Assembly: GCA_963666055.2 (NCBI GenBank)
Contig: CAXWPH010000015.1
Location: forward strand, 1,440,001-1,504,000
Direction of reading: 5' to 3'
Origin: Acidobacteriota bacterium
Lineage (GTDB): Bacteria; Acidobacteriota; UBA890; WLXD01
Length of the DNA stretch: 64,000 bases
Position 1 is the stretch's first letter. Every line of letters starts with the position of its first letter. A program made the position numbers and the translations under genes. The notes beneath the pieces are model-generated. The model did no database searches. It worked only from the letters and a program-made list of their open reading frames with translations, and was not told the origin of the DNA. Shown here in pieces: positions 58,979 to 64,000 of the stretch.

Positions 58979-59252
58979 TGGCCTGTAACAGATAATCGTT
59001 GCATATCGTGGTGGGGAAATGGGTGCGGATGCCAGGCGCGACGACGAGACGATGTTTGCCCATCGTGGAGTAGGAGCAACGCTGCAGACGGGCCGATTTC
59101 GCCGCCATCCTGCGGACAGATGGGCAGTTGCGGGCGATCTCGGCGTTGCGCCTCGTCGACGATGCCCATTGCATCGCCTTCCTCGCCGCGCCTTGATCTC
59201 ACCCGCAAATCCCATCTGCGATATGTAACGATTATCTGTTACAGGCCACTAG
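58975..59252. mobile_element. MITE with 34-bp terminal inverted repeats (IS630-like ends)
   Basis: Left end CTAGTGGCCTGTAACAGATAATCGTTGCATATCG matches the reverse complement of the right end 59219-59252 at 33/34; CTAG at both ends; no transposase. Confidence 0.85.
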
Positions 59253-59356
59253 GCGGCGTGGTGGAAGTGTGGCAGGCGGTAACCCTTTGGGCGATTCCAG
59301 CGGCGCGAACCGGGTACGTGAACTTGCTGGCGGCAGCCGAGTCGATGGCGAGCCGG

Positions 59357-60388
59357 CTACTCGTCGGTTTCGTGCGGCGATCCCTCGCCTCGTAGCGTGT
59401 CGACAACCTCCGCGACCACCCGCACGATGAGCTCGGGATCGTCGCGGTCGATGTGGTGGCTCGCCTTGGGGCTGACGTATTGCACCGTCGCCGTCGTGAG
59501 GCGCAGTAGGTCATGCTGCAGCTCGAGCCATACCGTGTTCGACTCTGCAATCGGTATCCCCAGCCCCTCGAAGGCGGCGAAGCTGTTGCCGGCGGTGATG
59601 ATCGCCACGGGCAAGCTCGGTTTCAGTTGGGCGCTCGCCACCCGCTCGGCCATCAGCAACGCCACCTGCATCTCGGTGCCAAGCGCGCGCAGGAACGCGG
59701 GGCGCAGCTGGGCGGCGGCGGTGGCGGAGTCGGGTGCTGGTGACATGAGCCGAATCAAACCGAGTCGTGCAAACAATGGAGCCCAGCGAAGTTGCCGTGC
59801 CGCATCGCGGACCAGGCTGACGTTCTCGGGCGGCAGCTCCTGCCACTGGCGCTCGTGTGCTGCATCGACGAGAACCAGGGCGGCGGCGCGCTCGGGGTGG
59901 GCTGCGGCGTACAGCCGGACCATGTAGCCGCCGAACGAGTGGCCGGCAAGCACCAGAGGTCGGTCGGTACCGATACTCTCGACGACCGCCTCCAGATCGG
60001 TGAGGAACCGCTCGACGCCGTCCACACCCGTCGGCGGGTCGCTCCAGCCGAGCCCGGCACGATCGTAGAAACAAGCACGCGTAACCGATCCCAGCGCTCG
60101 GTGGAGATCGGCGTAGTCCGCCGAGGAGCCTCCCGCGCCAACATCGAACAAAACGATCGGCGTGCCTTCGCCGATGCAATGCAGATGAAGGCGATAACCG
60201 CCCACGTCGACGAGCTCGCCAGGGGCCGGGAAGGCGCGACGGTCACGGGCGCTCGCCAGGCTTTGATAGCTCCAGCCGCCAGCGGCAGCAAGCGTCAGCA
60301 GGGTGGCGATGCCCACAGCAGCTCGCCGGAGCCAGAGTAGAAAGAGTCGACGGGTTCGGTCAGCGGGAATCTGTTGAGAGTCAGTCAT
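59357..60388 (-). CDS. Alpha/beta hydrolase with N-terminal membrane anchor
   Basis: PGELVDVGGYRLHLHC, YDRAGLGWS, GHSFGG, SHHI. Confidence 0.9.
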   Translation of the reverse strand: MTDSQQIPADRTRRLFLLWLRRAAVGIATLLTLAAAGGWSYQSLASARDRRAFPAPGELVDVGGYRLHLHCIGEGTPIVLFDVGAGGSSADYADLHRALGSVTRACFYDRAGLGWSDPPTGVDGVERFLTDLEAVVESIGTDRPLVLAGHSFGGYMVRLYAAAHPERAAALVLVDAAHERQWQELPPENVSLVRDAARQLRWAPLFARLGLIRLMSPAPDSATAAAQLRPAFLRALGTEMQVALLMAERVASAQLKPSLPVAIITAGNSFAAFEGLGIPIAESNTVWLELQHDLLRLTTATVQYVSPKASHHIDRDDPELIVRVVAEVVDTLRGEGSPHETDE

Positions 60389-60473
60389 CAGCAATCTCTG
60401 GGGGGGAAGGAAACGCGACGAACGGGTCCGATCGCTGTTGTTTGACCATAGGACATTCGAAGTAAGTATTACG

Positions 60474-60490
60474 ATTACTTAACAGGTAAT
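60474..60490 (-). promoter_or_regulatory. Putative XRE/MmyB operator 2
   Basis: Minus strand reads ATTACCTGTTAAGTAAT, in the AT-rich divergent intergenic region. Confidence 0.65.
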
Positions 60491-60626
60491 GTTTTAAACT
60501 ATGTCGGCGCGGTTATGTTGAACGTAGGTAACTTGCTTGCGGGCATAGGCTGCGCAAATAGGGTGCGGAAACAGAGAGGTTGAACCCAGGCAAGGGATAG
60601 CCACAGGACATGGACGGATTGCGGCG

Positions 60627-61457
60627 GTGAAGAGCCGAGCCAGAGCGTTGAGCCCGGTCGGCCACGTGCTACGCGATTGGCGTCGGGTGCGTGGTAAGAG
60701 CCAGCTCAGGCTGGCGCACGACGCCGATGTTTCGGCGCGGCACTTGAGCTTCATCGAGACCGGCCGGGCGCAGCCCAGCCGCCGCATCCTGCTGACGCTG
60801 GCGCGTTCCCTGGAAATGCCGCTGCGCGGGCAGAACTCGCTGTTGGAGGCGGCTGGCTACGCGCGGCTGTACAAGGAAAGTCAGTTCGACGCCGGCGAGC
60901 TGGCCCAGGTGCGCGGCGTCATCGAGTTTCTGTTGCAACGCCACGACCCCTACTCGGCGGTGGCTCTCGACCGTTGTTGGAACGTGCTGTTGTCCAATCG
61001 CGCCTTCGATCTCACCGTGGCCCGTCTGGTCGATCTGGAGTCGATCTTCGGCGTCGGCGACACCAATCTGATGAAGCTCCTGTTCCATCCCGATGGGCTG
61101 CGTCGCAACGTCGCCAACATGGATCAGGTCGGACCGATCATGCTCAACCGAATTCGCGGTGAGATTCGCCGCACTGGCGGTCCGGACCCGCTGGAAGAAT
61201 TGCTCGAGGAGCTGGTGGAGTATCCCGGCATCCCGGCGCTGTGGAAAATTCCAGACCCGTCAGTTGCCGACTCCGTGGTGATTCCGGTTCATCTGGTTGT
61301 TGGTGGCGAAGACCTGCGCTTCCTCAGCGCGATCACCACGTTGGGCACTCCGCAGGATGTCATGTTGCAGGAGCTCTCGATCGAGACGTTCCTGCCCGCC
61401 GACGACGCCACCGATCGCTTCATGCAGGGCGTTGGTGCCGAGATCGACGATTCCTGA
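60627..61457 (+). CDS. XRE helix-turn-helix regulator with MmyB-like ligand-binding domain
   Basis: LRDWRRVRGKSQLRLA..SARHLSFIETGRAQPSR, LLEAAGYA, TTLGTPQDV..IETFLPAD. Confidence 0.92.
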   Translation: MKSRARALSPVGHVLRDWRRVRGKSQLRLAHDADVSARHLSFIETGRAQPSRRILLTLARSLEMPLRGQNSLLEAAGYARLYKESQFDAGELAQVRGVIEFLLQRHDPYSAVALDRCWNVLLSNRAFDLTVARLVDLESIFGVGDTNLMKLLFHPDGLRRNVANMDQVGPIMLNRIRGEIRRTGGPDPLEELLEELVEYPGIPALWKIPDPSVADSVVIPVHLVVGGEDLRFLSAITTLGTPQDVMLQELSIETFLPADDATDRFMQGVGAEIDDS

Positions 61458-61458
61458 C

Positions 61459-61475
61459 CTTACCTCGACGGTAAT
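61459..61475 (+). promoter_or_regulatory. Putative XRE/MmyB operator 3
   Basis: CTTACCTCGACGGTAAT immediately after the regulator stop, upstream of the SnoaL gene. Confidence 0.6.
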
Positions 61476-61574
61476 TGTCTCGCTTCAGACGGCCGACGGA
61501 AGATCGTCTCGAGTTGGGGAACCGCCGCTCCTGCCCCCTTTGGAACCATCGTCAACCGTTGCGGAGAAGGAAAG

Positions 61575-62102
61575 ATGAGCTTGCCGGCGCCGAGACGCCA
61601 ACTGGTGGTCCTGGGCTTGGTAGCCTTGCTGATCACCATTGTTCCCCGCACCGCTCAGGGTCAGGGGCCCGTACTGCCCCGAGAATCGACACCCCATGTC
61701 GACGCCATGCTCGAGGAGCTCGAGCGCAGCTATGCCGCCATGGACTCAGTTGGATTCGTGGCGCTGTTCACCGATGACATCGTGCAGCACGACGTCAACC
61801 GGCGCGTGCTGATCGAGGGCATCGACGCCTGGCGGGAGCAGACGGAAACCATCAACGCGGCGCATCGCGCCATGACCCGGGTCCACCACGGGCGCGTGCT
61901 CAGCGGACAGTGGCTCATCGTCGAGATCGAATGGACCGGAACGGTAATCGGAGCGGCGGTCGGGGCAAAAGAGGACCGTGACTACAGCTATCAAGGGGTG
62001 GGGCTGCTGGAGCTCGCCGATGGCCGCATCCGGCGTCAGCTCATATACAGCGACTATGTAACCCTGGCCGAGCAGCTCGGGCTCGGTGGCCCGCCAAGGT
62101 GA
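61575..62102 (+). CDS. Secreted SnoaL/NTF2-like protein
   Basis: Signal peptide, SD AAGGA, ALFTDD..DGRIRRQLIYSD. Confidence 0.8.
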   Translation: MSLPAPRRQLVVLGLVALLITIVPRTAQGQGPVLPRESTPHVDAMLEELERSYAAMDSVGFVALFTDDIVQHDVNRRVLIEGIDAWREQTETINAAHRAMTRVHHGRVLSGQWLIVEIEWTGTVIGAAVGAKEDRDYSYQGVGLLELADGRIRRQLIYSDYVTLAEQLGLGGPPR

Positions 62103-62172
62103 TGAGAGGGGCCTGGTCGCGCGCTAGGCTGCTTCAGTTGCCTGCGCCCGCGACGGGCCGCGGGTGAGGATC

Positions 62173-62607
62173 TCACGCTAGCAACGGGTTGGTTACTTTC
62201 AGCTCCGGGAACCTGCCGAAGTCAAGGTCTGCGCTCCAGAGCTCGCTGACCCCGTGCTGCAAGCAGAGAGCGGCGACGCGCGCATCGTGCACTTTCGCGC
62301 CGGCAATGCCTCCCCGCTTCAGCAGCGGTCCCAAATGCTCGAGGTAGGTCGACCCTTCCGCCAACAATCGCAGGCTCGGCGATTCCATCCACGCCGCCAG
62401 CTGGTCAAGGGCGTCGTCCCCGGGCGTCGGCGGATCGTAAATCCGCGGGTGTGTCGTGATCGCCAGGAATTCATGCGCACACGGCCAGGGCTCCGCCCAG
62501 GGCCCAGCGCCCTCGGTCAGGGAGCGAAGCCGCGACGCCGCCACTGTGTGCCAACGCGAATCCGCCCGGTGCGCATAGATCAGGATATTGCTATCCACGG
62601 CGATCAA
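62173..62607 (-). CDS. vapC: VapC PIN-domain toxin
   Basis: IAVDSNILIYAH..EFLAITTHP..VHDARVAALC..SADLDF. Confidence 0.92.
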   Translation of the reverse strand: MIAVDSNILIYAHRADSRWHTVAASRLRSLTEGAGPWAEPWPCAHEFLAITTHPRIYDPPTPGDDALDQLAAWMESPSLRLLAEGSTYLEHLGPLLKRGGIAGAKVHDARVAALCLQHGVSELWSADLDFGRFPELKVTNPLLA

Positions 62608-62849
62608 GCGCCGCGGCCCTCGTATGCCAGCTCCATCAAGCGCTGCCAGTCGCCCTCGTCGAGCCCCGGCTGCAGGCCGCGGCCCGCGAAGCTCGCATCG
62701 CGCAACACGAATCGATTGGCTTCTTCGCGTCGAGCGAGGGTGGTGCGAAGGCCTTCGTCGATGAGCGCGCGGAGCGTAGTTCTCTCGTCGGCAGCTACTT
62801 TCTTGGCTCGTTTCAGGAGATCAGGAGCAATATTTACGGTTGTCTTCAT
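62604..62849 (-). CDS. vapB: VapB family antitoxin
   Basis: MKTTVNIAPDLLKRAK..TLRALIDEGLR. Confidence 0.88.
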   Translation of the reverse strand: MKTTVNIAPDLLKRAKKVAADERTTLRALIDEGLRTTLARREEANRFVLRDASFAGRGLQPGLDEGDWQRLMELAYEGRGA

Positions 62850-63039
62850 GCATATAGATATACTACATCAGCAGCATCGCTCGTAGCCTGTTTCAGCCTC
62901 CCAGTCACAATGAGACGGACCCGGGTCGCGATGAAGTCGGCCGGAGTCGCCATCGGACCTGCGGGGCGCTATCCTGTGATCGCCCATCTGACCGGTCGCG
63001 ATCGCGGCCCCCAACCCGTGTATCTCACGAGGTTCGTCG

Positions 63040-64000
63040 ATGGGCTCGCCCGCCGCTCTCTACGTTATTCCGCTGGATCAGCTGGACCGCACGGATGTCG
63101 CCCGAGTGGGTGGCAAGAGCGCCTCGCTCGGCGAGATGGTGGGCGTGCTGTCAGGGTCGACCGTTGGCGTTCCACCGGGGTTCGCGGTGACCACAGCGGC
63201 GTTCACGCGCATCCTCAACGCGGCGCCCGGCGTCCGCCGGCAGATCGTGAGCGAGCTAGGGGCGATCGACTACGACAACTTCGAGAGCCTGTTCCGCGGC
63301 GCCAGCCACTGTCGCGACCTGGTAAGCAACCTCGACATCCCGAACGACGTGGTCGAGGCGGTCACCGCTTCGTACGCCGCACTCGAAGAAACCGCCGACA
63401 TGAAGAACGTCGATGTGGCGGTGCGCTCGAGCGCGGTGTCGGAAGACTCAGCCGAAGCCTCGTTCGCCGGTCAGTACGAGTCGTTCCTGGGTGTGCGCGG
63501 GCGCAGCAATGTGCTCAGCGCCTGTCGTGACTGTTTCACCTCGTTCTTTACCAGCCGCGGCGTCGACTACAGGCACCGATGTGGCTTGCCCGACGACACC
63601 TTTGATTTCGCGGTGACGGTGCAACGCATGGCGCGCAGCGACCAGGCGTGCTCCGGGGTGATGTTCACCATGGATCCGGACAGCGGCGCCCGCGACTTCC
63701 TCCTGCTGAACGCTAGCTGGGGGCTCGGCGAGCCCATCGTCCAGGGTCAGGTCAGCCCGGACGAGGTCTTGATCTTCAAGCCCACGCTGCTCAAGGGTCC
63801 GCCGCTGGACCCGGTGATCTCGCAGGAGCGCGGCGCCAAGGAGGTGAAGATGGTCTACGCCTGGGGCGGTACCGCCACCACGGAGATCATCGAGACCACG
63901 TCCGACGAGCGCGGCGTGTTCAGCGTCGAGCGATCTGACGTGCTCGAGCTCGCCACGGCCGCTTGCCGACTCGAGGAGGCCTATGGCGTCCCGCTCGACA
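63040..64000 (+). CDS. ppsA: Phosphoenolpyruvate synthase (runs off the window end)
   Basis: Not in the ORF track. Manual translation: VGGKSASLGEM..VPPGFAVT..VAVRSSA..EDSAEASFAGQYESFL..SGVMFT..WGLGE. Confidence 0.9.
   Translation, partial: MGSPAALYVIPLDQLDRTDVARVGGKSASLGEMVGVLSGSTVGVPPGFAVTTAAFTRILNAAPGVRRQIVSELGAIDYDNFESLFRGASHCRDLVSNLDIPNDVVEAVTASYAALEETADMKNVDVAVRSSAVSEDSAEASFAGQYESFLGVRGRSNVLSACRDCFTSFFTSRGVDYRHRCGLPDDTFDFAVTVQRMARSDQACSGVMFTMDPDSGARDFLLLNASWGLGEPIVQGQVSPDEVLIFKPTLLKGPPLDPVISQERGAKEVKMVYAWGGTATTEIIETTSDERGVFSVERSDVLELATAACRLEEAYGVPLD

Noticed and set aside
1-64000. Pyrrolysine or TAG read-through, given the many TAG stops; tRNA, rRNA, prophage or integron
   Set aside because: TAG-ending genes finish at their expected family ends; no pyl genes, RNA genes, phage genes, integrase or attC pattern were seen

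Overview
GC-rich bacterial chromosome segment with about 58 CDS. The PadR + duplicated orphan ABC permease pair and the many secreted hydrolases and beta-propellers suggest Acidobacteriota or Gemmatimonadota (inference). It encodes many secreted peptidases and esterases, five stand-alone type II toxin-antitoxin modules, a TRAP/CoA-transferase/crotonase/serine-glyoxylate aminotransferase/FAD-FeS oxidoreductase cluster, metV-metF, a DmdA-like aminomethyltransferase and a decayed sugar-modification locus. I saw no rRNA, tRNA, CRISPR array, integrase or transposase. Main signals the ORF track misses: (1) the radical SAM gene at 8555 probably reads through TGA 9902-9904 as selenocysteine (C-U-A-E-P tail plus a SECIS-like hairpin); (2) a 278-bp MITE at 58975-59252 with 34-bp terminal inverted repeats and two structured internal arms sits in a TAG stop codon, and a solo end of it supplies the selenoprotein stop; (3) three copies of a 17-bp operator define a local XRE/MmyB mini-regulon at 57.7-62.1 kb; (4) a 36-bp double PadR operator; (5) several deletion remnants of genes. 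All calls come from reading motifs by eye; no searches were run.
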